DNA from: a virus
IMG/VR virus record: IMGVR_UViG_3300036760_000327
Span: 42,487-106,486 of that record
Reading direction: 5' to 3' (one strand)
Length of the DNA stretch: 64,000 bases
Both the position numbers and the translations under genes were made by a program. Below, in pieces: positions 18,691 to 28,805 of this stretch. A model generated the notes under the pieces. That model was not told the DNA's origin. It searched no databases and saw nothing but the letters and a program-made list of their open reading frames with translations. The number at the start of each line of letters is the position of its first letter. The stretch's first letter is position 1.

Positions 18691-21600
18691 TTATTCCTCT
18701 TCTTCTGTTTTTTGTTCCCCCGACCACATAGATCGTCCGGCTACATTTTCTGCTTTACCAAATTTAGATGGCATTAATCCTTCTTCTAATTCCTGAATTC
18801 TTTTTTGCATTGCAGGACGTAAATGTTTTGGCAATCTTTTTAATTGTGCCTGCAAATAAGTTATGGTTTTATGTGTTCTATAATATTTTGACAATTCAGA
18901 ATATGTTAATACAATATTATTTTTTTGCGCCTTCTCAAAAACTTGACGCACATCTTCCATTTTACCTTTATCTAGAGCATTAATACCTTTTAATACTAAA
19001 TCTTGTTTATCTTTTCGGTAGGTATAAGCTTCATCACGCATTTGTTGATATAAATCATAGGTTGCTTTAGATCCTACATACGGAAATCCTGTAAGATCCA
19101 TAATGGCATGTAATGGACTTGTTTCCATCGTCATTAATTGTTGTTTTCCCGCTGCTTTATATCCACGTTCTAAATCAGTTGCAGTCCTTAATGCTTTTGC
19201 TCCATATCTAAATTGCGGAATAGATATAATGCCCAAAGCATTTAGTAAATCATCTGCTCCAGAAGATTTGTCTTCTGCGCTTTGACCAAATGTGGCCTGA
19301 TAAGCTCCTTTCATAATTTCCCATGGAACGGATAATATTTTTACTGGCATTAACCCAACACCAAAAATTGAACTAACATCCATGCCCAATTGGGCCATGG
19401 CTGCTGCAATAGTAAGTTGAAATCCAGCGTATAAACCAAATCTTGCTAGTACACTTTTATCTCCACTTTTAATACCCTCGGTTAATCCACGAGCCATAAA
19501 TTGAATTGTATTAGCAGGATATGACCAAAATATAGTACTTATTTTTGCCACCGGTCCACGTGTTAATGGATTTCTCATGGTTTTAGAATAACCATATTGT
19601 GATGTAATTGTAGATTTAAAAGCATTAAAATAAGCATCAGGAATTATTAAATCTGGTATATCTTCCATACTTTTTAATAATCCTAATCTAACGCCCTTTT
19701 CAAAACTCCAACCTCTTTCTCCTGCTTCGCTTAAAGCAGTCTGAAACGCTAAAAATTTATTAAAATGTTCTGTAGCCCTCATTGGACTCATTGCCATATC
19801 GCTAATCCAATCATAAAAAGCTAATCCTTTTCCAGGTAAGGTTTCTGCTCTGCCCAATCTTGCTTTTAATGCCTTGCCACCAGGCCCTACTTCTTCATAA
19901 TATTCTTCTGCCCCTAATAACATATCGTACCATTTTTTAACTTCTGGATCCCCTTTTCCTTTAATATATTCAAGATAAGAATTTAATCCTTTGGCAAATT
20001 TTCCTGGTCCTTCATTAACTAGTGTTTGAACTGATTGTAAAATATTACGAATTGCCGTATCTGGCCCAATAGCTCCTCTGGCCACTTGTCCTGCCAATCG
20101 ACCAGCTATTATATTTGGAAAATTAGGATTTAATACCTCTTGTCCTATAACATTATTTAATCTTTCCACCTCTTGTGATAGCCACCTTGCTCCCATAGTT
20201 CTAGTTCCTAAAGCCTGTTTTACTTGTTTTTCCATATACCATCTAACAGATCTAATAATATCACTTCTAGGATATTTATTAATTATGGGCATGACCTCTT
20301 GTTTAAATATCCTATCACATTCTTTATTAATCATTGTATAAAGATATTGAGACAATACTTCTTGCGAATCATGTTTATATGACAGTAAATTTCCACCTGT
20401 TCTCTCTTGTAAATGGGGGTTAAATGTCTTTTCTCTAGTTCTAGCCATTACATCAGAAGGCAAAAATGCCCATTGATCATAAATTCCTTCAAAATCAAGA
20501 ACATTATATCTAATTCTGTTCTTCTCAATAGGAGATAATTCTTTCCATGTTTTGTTAGCAGCAAAAATGGTTTTTAATTCTAAAAATTCTTCATTTGATA
20601 AGGCTGATTGTCCTGCTATAATATATCTACTAGGCAAACCACGCGGATTATTAATTTTATCATATGGTGCATTATTATCAAAATTTGCAAACATTCCTTT
20701 AACTTTAAGATAAGTATTCTCATTATCTACAATTAATGGAAAATACTCATCTATAAAAAATTTACGTTCTCGTAAATTATTCGCATCCCCAAACTTATCC
20801 AAAAAAGAACGAATATTGTTTTTTACCTCTAATACTAATAGATTATTTGGAATAGTCTTACGAATAAATGAATCAGATACTTGTTCTCTTAATTCTTGAG
20901 CATTAGACTGCTCATTAATTTTCTTATATATGGTATTTAATACACTATTAGCATCATAAACTAATTTCTTTTTTAAATCTCGTTTACGCACTTCATTTAA
21001 AGTTGCTTTTTCAGCCACCGCACGAATATCTGGATTTGCATTTGCCATACTCTGTCCAAGCATATCTGTAGCTTTTACCATTGGAACATCACCCTTTGAA
21101 ATACCCTCAGGAGCTCCCATAGTTGTTACTGGTACTTTTGTAATATCCTTAGCCATGCTTTCAGTATGCATTGCAGCTATCTCGGCATCAGATAGTTTTA
21201 ACTTTTCTCCGTCCATCGTATCTTTTAGAACAGATGGCATTTCTTCCCGAGATATCCGTTTATTTGTACCCTTTCGGTCAGCAAATCCTTGATAAATACT
21301 TATTGTTTTTTGTTTAAGTCGAGATGCCATTTCTTTGGCCAAATCAATATCTATACCAGTACGAAGTTTAAGTCCAGTAGGTCCTGGTAATCCAAACCCT
21401 TGTTTTTCATAATAACTTTGAATACTATTTTTAAATTCTTCTTTAAAGAAATCTTGTTGTGGTATATCCAGAGTATTGGGAAAATCTATTTTTGTGGGTT
21501 TTCCATCAACCGTTTCAACCCTAGCTCTTCCAGCTATATTTAATCCCGTATCTCCAGGAATAGGGGATTGTCCCTCTTTGGTTAAAAGTTGAAATTCATC

Positions 21601-24528
21601 AATATTATTAGATACTTTCTTTAATACAACAATGGCCCCATTATTATCCTTTACCAATGAAGAAAGTGATACAGAATCCCCCACTTTTAATGGAACATCG
21701 GCTTTCCTTTTTAACTCATTTTGCCTTTTCTCTATTGCTTTTAAAGTATCAACTCTATTATTAATAATTAAATCCAGATCAGCTTTATCAATTAAATCAG
21801 CATCATAATCGGCCTGGGCCTTCATTTCTTTCCGTTTTAGTTCTGTGTATTTTCTTTTTAATCGAGTCAATTCAGAATCTATAACAGGATTTTTAGATAT
21901 AATTTCATTATATGTTTTGGTCGCCTCAACTTTTTCCTTTTCTATTACTTTACCGATTTTCGTAGCTTTTTCTACATTCTGATCTGCATACTGTAAATAT
22001 GTATTAATAGCATTACGTTTATCAATATCTGGTAAAGCGGCAACGGTTTTATATGGTACGCCCATAAACTCGGCAGCAGCTCGTAATTGGCCTTCATCAA
22101 TACCCGTAATAGTAGGTTTAATCTTATCTCGAACTTCAGCAGCTTCTGGTGTTGTGGTGCCCAATATAGTTGCTAAAGCTTTATCCCCTAGTTTAATTTT
22201 TATTAATTTACCAGTTGGTGTAATAGCAGCTTGTTCTGGAGTAATTTTATTTGTAACAATATCATGTAAATCCACATCTGATAACGTAGCTAGATCCATT
22301 CGCCGGTTGGGCCACAGAACAGCAGCCTGATTAATATACGCATCCCTATCTGGCGCTTCCTCCAGAGCTTGAATTCGCTCCAATTCAGCTTTTACCCCAG
22401 CTATTTTTTCGGCCTCGGATTTTGGCGTCCTCTTCTCTTTTCCAAGAATCTTTTCCTCGGCCTTAGTAAGTTTGGTTAATTTATTATTTGTCTCTTGAAT
22501 AGCATCTTGAATTTTCTTTAAAATAGCTTTATTTTCTGGAGTATCAACATATTTCTTAGCAATGGTCTCTTTATTTGTTAATTTAAGTAATTGGCCTTTT
22601 GTTTTATCTATTTCCTTTGTAATGGTTTTCCAAGCCTCTACATCTTTTCTTGCTTCAAACTTTTGAGTTTCTTTGGTTAATTGTGCTTCAGCTTTAGCTT
22701 CCTCGGTTGCCACAAACTCTGGTGTTTGTTTCTGTATATGCTTGGCTAAATTTTGGCCCTTTGGAAGTTGCGGAATTGATTCAAAAAATTTAGACGCATC
22801 TGTAGGAACCGTGATACCCTTTTCTGCAAGTAACAGGGCTGATTTTTTAGCATCAGCATTAGTAATACCAAATTTCCATTTTAATTGATTAACTAATTCT
22901 TGATTAATAGGTTTTTTAACACCACTAATTAACTTATTTTCGATAACTTCAGGCGTTAATGATTCTTTTCCCGTAACCCCAAGATATGCTTCCACTTGCT
23001 CTCGCAACATTTGCTTTTTAAATGCTTGAGTTACATCTTTAACATCAATAGTTTTATATTGTTGCCATATCTTCCTGGCTTCTTGTTGGGATAAATTTTT
23101 ACCAGTTGCAATAGCCTCTTCGGTAGTTGTGGGCATTTTTCCTTTCGGCAGCTCAACTTTAGGCGCAAATATATCTGGAGCAATCTTTATAATGGTCTCG
23201 ATCATTTGATCTCGATCCATGCCCTCCGTTTTAATGCCAGCAGCCGTAGCTTTAGCTTTAATCTCCGAGGTAGGCATGCCCTGATATGGTTCCATTAATT
23301 TTGCAACATCAACTCTTCCTAAATTAGTTTTAAGCGCGTCTACCATTGCTGCACTTTTAACTGGATCAACCGCAATATCTTCCACCGTCACTTGAGGTAT
23401 AAATTTTTTGCCCTGGGATAATTCTATTGGTGGAGGCGCCATGTCTCTTGTGGGTTTACCTGTTAACGTTAATTGACCGGTAATACTATTCACTTTTACT
23501 GTAGTAGGATCATGCAAACTATTAACAATAGCTAATTTAGTCTCATAAGGCATTGCATATATTTGTTTATCCTCAAAACCTCTGGCAGATAGTATTTTGT
23601 CATAAATTAAACCTTGCGGATCAGTTATTGCTGCCTTGGCCGCGGCAGTTTGAGCTTCTTGTTCTTTATTTATTAAGCCAGACAAATCTCCATAAGTAAC
23701 CGGTGAAACTGGAGTAGTTTCTGTAACTGGTTCTTGAGCTACAAATTTTTCTTTATTTTTAACTATTTCTCTAGCTCGTTTAACCGAAGTTTTATTAACA
23801 ACCTCATTAGGATATCCAAGTTTATTTAATTGTTTTTGTAATCCAGACGGCAGTTTAGGCCCAAGAGCGCCTAAGCCAAACATTGTAAGACCAGTAAGTG
23901 CCAAGTCTTCTGGCTTAGTTTCACCCCCAGCGGCAGCTATTGCTGTTGCTCCACCACCAACAACTCCAGCCCTAGGCCATCTGGCCAATTTACTTCCAAC
24001 TGGCCCTAACAAAGTACCATAAGCCGCACCTCCTAATAGCGCCTTAGCTATATCTTTGGGTGGGGCATTTTGTCCCCAGGCTGTTGCTGCCTCTACACCA
24101 GCCATCGCTGGAATTGCGGTTGCTGTCCCCAATCCCAAAGGACCTAGTGCGGCTATTGCCGAACCGTATTTTGGTAGCGCTACAGCTAAACCCCCAAAAA
24201 CCCTTCCTATTTTTCTGGTAAGAGTTGGCTGGTCGTCCAAATCTTTAGGTTCAATTGTATCAGCTAGTTGTTTAAATATTTGTAAACGATCTACTTTGGC
24301 GCCCTCTGATGTGGCGGCATTACCAATAGCATCGGTAACTTTCTGTAGCACCTTTGGCAAATCTGCAACTCCAGATCTAAATGCCTCTATCGCGCCACCT
24401 GCTAAATCTAAGAAAAATCCTTGCGATTGCGCTGGTTGATTATAGGCTTCAAGTGGTAGCGAGGGTGCGCCTTCGGGAATCTGTAATCTGTTTCTTAATG
24501 TTTTTGCTAGATCTAATGGTTCTGCCAT
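18691..24528 (-). CDS. large internal virion/DNA ejection protein (1945 aa)
   Basis: Size, Gly/Ala-rich hydrophobic N-terminal segments, coiled coils, and position after nozzle and pilot genes as in podoviruses. Confidence 0.65.
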   Translation of the reverse strand: MAEPLDLAKTLRNRLQIPEGAPSLPLEAYNQPAQSQGFFLDLAGGAIEAFRSGVADLPKVLQKVTDAIGNAATSEGAKVDRLQIFKQLADTIEPKDLDDQPTLTRKIGRVFGGLAVALPKYGSAIAALGPLGLGTATAIPAMAGVEAATAWGQNAPPKDIAKALLGGAAYGTLLGPVGSKLARWPRAGVVGGGATAIAAAGGETKPEDLALTGLTMFGLGALGPKLPSGLQKQLNKLGYPNEVVNKTSVKRAREIVKNKEKFVAQEPVTETTPVSPVTYGDLSGLINKEQEAQTAAAKAAITDPQGLIYDKILSARGFEDKQIYAMPYETKLAIVNSLHDPTTVKVNSITGQLTLTGKPTRDMAPPPIELSQGKKFIPQVTVEDIAVDPVKSAAMVDALKTNLGRVDVAKLMEPYQGMPTSEIKAKATAAGIKTEGMDRDQMIETIIKIAPDIFAPKVELPKGKMPTTTEEAIATGKNLSQQEARKIWQQYKTIDVKDVTQAFKKQMLREQVEAYLGVTGKESLTPEVIENKLISGVKKPINQELVNQLKWKFGITNADAKKSALLLAEKGITVPTDASKFFESIPQLPKGQNLAKHIQKQTPEFVATEEAKAEAQLTKETQKFEARKDVEAWKTITKEIDKTKGQLLKLTNKETIAKKYVDTPENKAILKKIQDAIQETNNKLTKLTKAEEKILGKEKRTPKSEAEKIAGVKAELERIQALEEAPDRDAYINQAAVLWPNRRMDLATLSDVDLHDIVTNKITPEQAAITPTGKLIKIKLGDKALATILGTTTPEAAEVRDKIKPTITGIDEGQLRAAAEFMGVPYKTVAALPDIDKRNAINTYLQYADQNVEKATKIGKVIEKEKVEATKTYNEIISKNPVIDSELTRLKRKYTELKRKEMKAQADYDADLIDKADLDLIINNRVDTLKAIEKRQNELKRKADVPLKVGDSVSLSSLVKDNNGAIVVLKKVSNNIDEFQLLTKEGQSPIPGDTGLNIAGRARVETVDGKPTKIDFPNTLDIPQQDFFKEEFKNSIQSYYEKQGFGLPGPTGLKLRTGIDIDLAKEMASRLKQKTISIYQGFADRKGTNKRISREEMPSVLKDTMDGEKLKLSDAEIAAMHTESMAKDITKVPVTTMGAPEGISKGDVPMVKATDMLGQSMANANPDIRAVAEKATLNEVRKRDLKKKLVYDANSVLNTIYKKINEQSNAQELREQVSDSFIRKTIPNNLLVLEVKNNIRSFLDKFGDANNLRERKFFIDEYFPLIVDNENTYLKVKGMFANFDNNAPYDKINNPRGLPSRYIIAGQSALSNEEFLELKTIFAANKTWKELSPIEKNRIRYNVLDFEGIYDQWAFLPSDVMARTREKTFNPHLQERTGGNLLSYKHDSQEVLSQYLYTMINKECDRIFKQEVMPIINKYPRSDIIRSVRWYMEKQVKQALGTRTMGARWLSQEVERLNNVIGQEVLNPNFPNIIAGRLAGQVARGAIGPDTAIRNILQSVQTLVNEGPGKFAKGLNSYLEYIKGKGDPEVKKWYDMLLGAEEYYEEVGPGGKALKARLGRAETLPGKGLAFYDWISDMAMSPMRATEHFNKFLAFQTALSEAGERGWSFEKGVRLGLLKSMEDIPDLIIPDAYFNAFKSTITSQYGYSKTMRNPLTRGPVAKISTIFWSYPANTIQFMARGLTEGIKSGDKSVLARFGLYAGFQLTIAAAMAQLGMDVSSIFGVGLMPVKILSVPWEIMKGAYQATFGQSAEDKSSGADDLLNALGIISIPQFRYGAKALRTATDLERGYKAAGKQQLMTMETSPLHAIMDLTGFPYVGSKATYDLYQQMRDEAYTYRKDKQDLVLKGINALDKGKMEDVRQVFEKAQKNNIVLTYSELSKYYRTHKTITYLQAQLKRLPKHLRPAMQKRIQELEEGLMPSKFGKAENVAGRSMWSGEQKTEEEE

Positions 24529-24537
24529 AAATTTTCC

Positions 24538-26424
24538 TTATTTGGATAATGGAACCTTGTGCTCAATCAATATTTCTTGTACGGCCTGCCACAATAAAGC
24601 ATCCTCGCCTCTATCAGCAGCCGTGGCTATTCTTTGCATTTCTGTATCAGTTAATAATGGTTTTTTAGCATTTATTAACGTCTGATTAACTGCATCAAAT
24701 ATATCCTTATATTTATTGATCATAATTGTTCGTATACTCTTCTGGATTTCAGGGTTTATATCTACCCACATCTTTAATTTATCGCCATCTTTTGCAGTAT
24801 TAGGAGGGGCCATTTTGGCAGCCATTCCGTATGGCCATGGAAGTTGTATACCCGCTACACCACCCTTATATAAAAAATCCATGGGGGTAATTCCTTTATG
24901 TTTAGTTGTAAATGCTTTTTCTGCCGCTGGATTTCCTAGAGCTGCGCGAGCCTCCTGTTTTATTTGTTCGTCAACTTTAATTTCTCTCGGTGTTCTTTGT
25001 GGCGGCATCTTAGCCTTTTCTCCCTGTAAGGCTTGCAAATAAGTTTGACTTTTCATGTACTGAGCATCTTCTTTATTAGAAAACATTTTATCATAAATAG
25101 TTAGTTTCGGATCATTTTTTATTAAATTCAATGCTTTTTCCTGTACTAGATCTCTTTGTGTAAATTCTTGATAAGTTCTAATTTGCGCCCCTATTTTTTC
25201 AGCCTTTTTTGTATCATTATTCGTAATAGCATTCTGATATTGTTGACCCAAAAAATCAAATATTTCTTTACTGCCACCAGCAGCAATATAAGCAGCACGA
25301 TCGGGCGGTACGCCCACATCTATAAGATTTTGCTTGGTCCAATTCATCAAAGCTTTTTGCTGTTGTATGAGTCTTTCCTCTGGCGGAACACTTAATTTTA
25401 ATTCACCTGTAGTTGGATCATAAGATTCTCTGATTATTTTAGCAGCCTCAGATGGAGGTACTCCTAGGTTAGAAGCTGCTGCTTGCACAAAAGATAAATT
25501 ATCCATTAATTCTGGTTTACTTTTGACCAGAAATTCTAACCATTTAGCATGGCGCTCTCTTTCAATATCTTCCCTTCTTACTTGTTCTTGCAAAGCTATA
25601 AGCTTTAAATTGGCTGTTTTAGATGCTCTATCAATAATATAATTTCTGGCTTCTTTAGTTTTGGCTTCCGCCTCTTGTTCTTCTGCCTTTATTACGGCGT
25701 AAGGATCTTTGCCACTTCTTTGTAAAGCCATTAAACGACCAAATTCACCCAACCATTCTATTATATTAGTGGGTTTTTTATATTGTGCTTTAGGTAAATC
25801 TTCCTCTTTAGGAATTGCCTCATCTAAAATCTGTTTAAAATTTTCCGTAAAATCTGTTTTTGGTTTCCAGGGAGTTATTCCAGCAGCAATTTGTTCTGTA
25901 GAAGGAATAGGTGCTGGCGCCCCAGCAGAAGGAGTTGTAGCAGAAACGGTTGATGGAGGAGCATTAGTATAGTTTTCAGCAGGAGCAGCCTCGTACGATG
26001 GATATGCTGGTTCATTCCCAAGAACTTGTCCTAGTCCTGGGGCAGTATATTGTGGCATTCCAATCTGTTTGCCAGGCGCTGGAGTTTGAGGAATAGCTCG
26101 TTTGATAGGCGTTTCTGGTCGGATAATTGCTCCTGGCGGAGAAACCGCGGACGGAGGAGAAGGAGTTGCTGATTCTGTACCAAAACCAAACGAAATTGGC
26201 CATCCTTGAAATAATCCTGGTTGAGGTTTTTTAACAACCTCGATTTTAGGAAAAAAATTATTTTCTATCCAGTCTCTAACGGTTTTATCAATAGATTTTA
26301 AATTTTGAAAAAATCCAGTTTGTTGCACATTAGTTTCTGGTGGAGGTTGTTCCTCCTGTTGTTCAGGAGAAATATTTAACAATTGTTGATATATTTGTAA
26401 TATATCTGGATTTATATCTGCCAT
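24538..26424 (-). CDS. internal virion/ejection protein
   Basis: Pro/Gln-rich N-terminus then helical; RBS AAAGGAG before MADINPD. Confidence 0.55.
   Translation of the reverse strand: MADINPDILQIYQQLLNISPEQQEEQPPPETNVQQTGFFQNLKSIDKTVRDWIENNFFPKIEVVKKPQPGLFQGWPISFGFGTESATPSPPSAVSPPGAIIRPETPIKRAIPQTPAPGKQIGMPQYTAPGLGQVLGNEPAYPSYEAAPAENYTNAPPSTVSATTPSAGAPAPIPSTEQIAAGITPWKPKTDFTENFKQILDEAIPKEEDLPKAQYKKPTNIIEWLGEFGRLMALQRSGKDPYAVIKAEEQEAEAKTKEARNYIIDRASKTANLKLIALQEQVRREDIERERHAKWLEFLVKSKPELMDNLSFVQAAASNLGVPPSEAAKIIRESYDPTTGELKLSVPPEERLIQQQKALMNWTKQNLIDVGVPPDRAAYIAAGGSKEIFDFLGQQYQNAITNNDTKKAEKIGAQIRTYQEFTQRDLVQEKALNLIKNDPKLTIYDKMFSNKEDAQYMKSQTYLQALQGEKAKMPPQRTPREIKVDEQIKQEARAALGNPAAEKAFTTKHKGITPMDFLYKGGVAGIQLPWPYGMAAKMAPPNTAKDGDKLKMWVDINPEIQKSIRTIMINKYKDIFDAVNQTLINAKKPLLTDTEMQRIATAADRGEDALLWQAVQEILIEHKVPLSK
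25969..26002. repeat. 34-bp repeat copy A (encodes PSYEAAPAENY)
   Basis: 33/34 identical to 27176-27209. Confidence 0.9.
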
Positions 26425-26434
26425 AACTACTCCT

Positions 26435-27286
26435 TTATGCTTTTTGACCAGCCAGCGCACCTAGAACCGGCGCTAATTTACTCCAAATATCTTGATCAGT
26501 ATAGTCTTGGCCAGAAATCATCTGTGGTTGGCCACCTTTTTCTAAAGTAGCAAGTAAATTATATAAATTTGCTATACTTGTTGTTGCTCCTTGTTGATAA
26601 GTTTGCGGATAATTTGCTAGACCTAGCAAGCTGGATAATTGAGTTGGTTGAGCCAGCGTGGCTGTCTGTTCTGCTTGCGCTCGTTGTGTCAATAAATTCG
26701 TTAGTAATTGTCGAGTTTGGTAATCAGTTGAAGCAACCTGTTTTATCATATCCTGAATATTTGTACCCATAGAATATGCACGAGGAGCCACTCGTCCTAA
26801 CACCTGCGCCAAATTAGCTTCCAGAGCGGTTTGTGTTGACGGTATGTTTGCTTCGGCTCTATTCCATATTTCTGCTGGAAATGCGTTCATATAATCAGAT
26901 AAATTCATTTGTCCAAATAAATTTTGCGCCTGCGGAGATATCGTAGTTGGTAATGACATTGCCTGCCCGAACATTCCTGGCAAAAATGTTTGGCCGTATT
27001 GTCCTAGCGGCTGCGTGGTAGTTTGACTTAATTTTCTTGTATCGGGACTAGAAAGTAGTGAAGCGACACCGCCCCCAAGACCCAATAAACCCTTACCAGT
27101 ACTTGAGCCAAGAAAGTTAAGTAAACTAGATCCGGCCGAACCTAATGTATTTAGAAGACCACTACTGGTATTCGCATAGTTTTCAGCAGGAGCAGCCTCG
27201 TAAGATGGAAAATTGTAATAATCGGACCAATTTGTAGAATAATCCGTATCTGCTGGATTGTAAAAATCATAATATTCATCAGCCAT
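26435..27286 (-). CDS. pilot/ejection protein
   Basis: Gly/Leu/Ser-rich amphipathic stretch, Gln-rich; podovirus synteny. Confidence 0.55.
   Translation of the reverse strand: MADEYYDFYNPADTDYSTNWSDYYNFPSYEAAPAENYANTSSGLLNTLGSAGSSLLNFLGSSTGKGLLGLGGGVASLLSSPDTRKLSQTTTQPLGQYGQTFLPGMFGQAMSLPTTISPQAQNLFGQMNLSDYMNAFPAEIWNRAEANIPSTQTALEANLAQVLGRVAPRAYSMGTNIQDMIKQVASTDYQTRQLLTNLLTQRAQAEQTATLAQPTQLSSLLGLANYPQTYQQGATTSIANLYNLLATLEKGGQPQMISGQDYTDQDIWSKLAPVLGALAGQKA
27176..27209. repeat. 34-bp repeat copy B (encodes PSYEAAPAENY)
   Basis: 33/34 identical to 25969-26002. Confidence 0.9.
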
Positions 27287-27309
27287 TTTAATATATCTCC
27301 TTATTTTAT

Positions 27310-27552
27310 TTAAAACTTATCACTTATATTGTTTTTATTATCTATTAAATCTTTTTCCACCTGAAATAATTCCCATGTTCTTTCATCCAATTTCCACTCT
27401 TCGGGATTGCACTTCAGACGTTTAAATTCTTCCTTAAGGACTCTATCTCTTTCTGCCATTATCTGATTCGCTTGCATTTGAAGAATTTGGAGAGATAAAT
27501 TAGCATTTTGAAGTTTTAGTTTTGTTAATTCATTTATTGGTTTTCGCTTCAT
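27310..27552 (-). CDS. small coiled-coil protein (possible fibre chaperone)
   Basis: Heptad pattern; directly follows a fibre-like gene. Confidence 0.45.
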   Translation of the reverse strand: MKRKPINELTKLKLQNANLSLQILQMQANQIMAERDRVLKEEFKRLKCNPEEWKLDERTWELFQVEKDLIDNKNNISDKF

Positions 27553-27564
27553 AAGGACTCCTGA

Positions 27565-28803
27565 TTAAGCACATACCATAATCTTTCTTAATGTTCCTCC
27601 ACCATCTTTTAGGGTAATAAACCCTGCGAATGCTTCTGCCCCCTTTGCGGTATAAGTTCCAAAACTTAAATACCCTCCTCCCTGTGGGGTAATGACTACA
27701 TCGCCAGCGTCTGCCACTTGAATAATAGCTGCTGATATAGCATTATTTAGCAGTTGAAATCCCGACTCCCCGCCTTTTATTCTAAGCCAGGGACCTCCAG
27801 TATCTGACCAGATTGCCCCAGAGTTGCCAGAAGGCATCACAAATTCTAAGAACTTTGCACCTGAAAAGACCAAACCTCCACCAGCATTAAAATAAGACTT
27901 GTAGACTCCAACCGCTGTACCAATCCCCCAAATCATCTGTGCTCCATCATAGCCAACTCCTTCTGGGGTTTCAATAAACAATGCCTTTCGATTAGCTGTA
28001 AATTTTTGTAGAAGATGATCACTATTAAGGTTGTTCTGTTTTCTTAAGTAGATTCCAACTGGGCCACCAGAGATATTAGTTTGACTCCAATCGTAAATTT
28101 GAATTCCATAACCCGTAAAAAGAGTCGAATTTTCAACAGACCCATTTCTATTCAAATCCACTCCAAGTCCAGTTGGGCTTGACGCAACTGCTCCAGCCTT
28201 ACCCTTTACACTCATATAAATTGTATCAGCTTTCCCTGAATTTGTTAGTCCGATGGCTCCACCCGTATCAATGGCATCAGAATCAAAGTTAATTACAAGT
28301 CCCCAAAGAAAACTATTTGCATCAACAGTGTCAGTATTTTTAATATTCAAATTGATAAGGGACAAATTCTGTCCTACATTTGGAGTTACAGAAAGCTGAG
28401 AAGCATGTTTAATTAAAACTCCATCACCCTGCAAAGCAGTTGGATTGTCGAACAGAACCCCATCTGCTATTTTGATATTACCTTTTATGGGATGAGAAGT
28501 TGATTTTAAATAAAGATTTTCTCCAGAACCAATTCCGCCATAAAGAGTTTGACCGCCAGAACGACCAATAAGTTTTGCATAATCACTTAGATCTCCGCCC
28601 GTACCATCAGTACTATGATCATGTTGGGCATTAGTAAAATCATCAATTAAAGGAACTTTAAGAACTTTACGCGATAAAGTTTGTATACTATCCGTATTAA
28701 CAAAATTCTTGGATAAAGAACGTTCTTTATCCATTTGTTCTTTAAACGCTTCTAATACTTTTATTTTTTCTTCTAATAGAGATATTTTATCTTGAATGAT
28801 CAT
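27565..28803 (-). CDS. tail fibre/spike-like protein
   Basis: N-terminal coiled coil, 'HDHS', 'GRSGGQTLYGG', Gly-rich beta repeats. Confidence 0.6.
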   Translation of the reverse strand: MIIQDKISLLEEKIKVLEAFKEQMDKERSLSKNFVNTDSIQTLSRKVLKVPLIDDFTNAQHDHSTDGTGGDLSDYAKLIGRSGGQTLYGGIGSGENLYLKSTSHPIKGNIKIADGVLFDNPTALQGDGVLIKHASQLSVTPNVGQNLSLINLNIKNTDTVDANSFLWGLVINFDSDAIDTGGAIGLTNSGKADTIYMSVKGKAGAVASSPTGLGVDLNRNGSVENSTLFTGYGIQIYDWSQTNISGGPVGIYLRKQNNLNSDHLLQKFTANRKALFIETPEGVGYDGAQMIWGIGTAVGVYKSYFNAGGGLVFSGAKFLEFVMPSGNSGAIWSDTGGPWLRIKGGESGFQLLNNAISAAIIQVADAGDVVITPQGGGYLSFGTYTAKGAEAFAGFITLKDGGGTLRKIMVCA

Positions 28804-28805
28804 AT

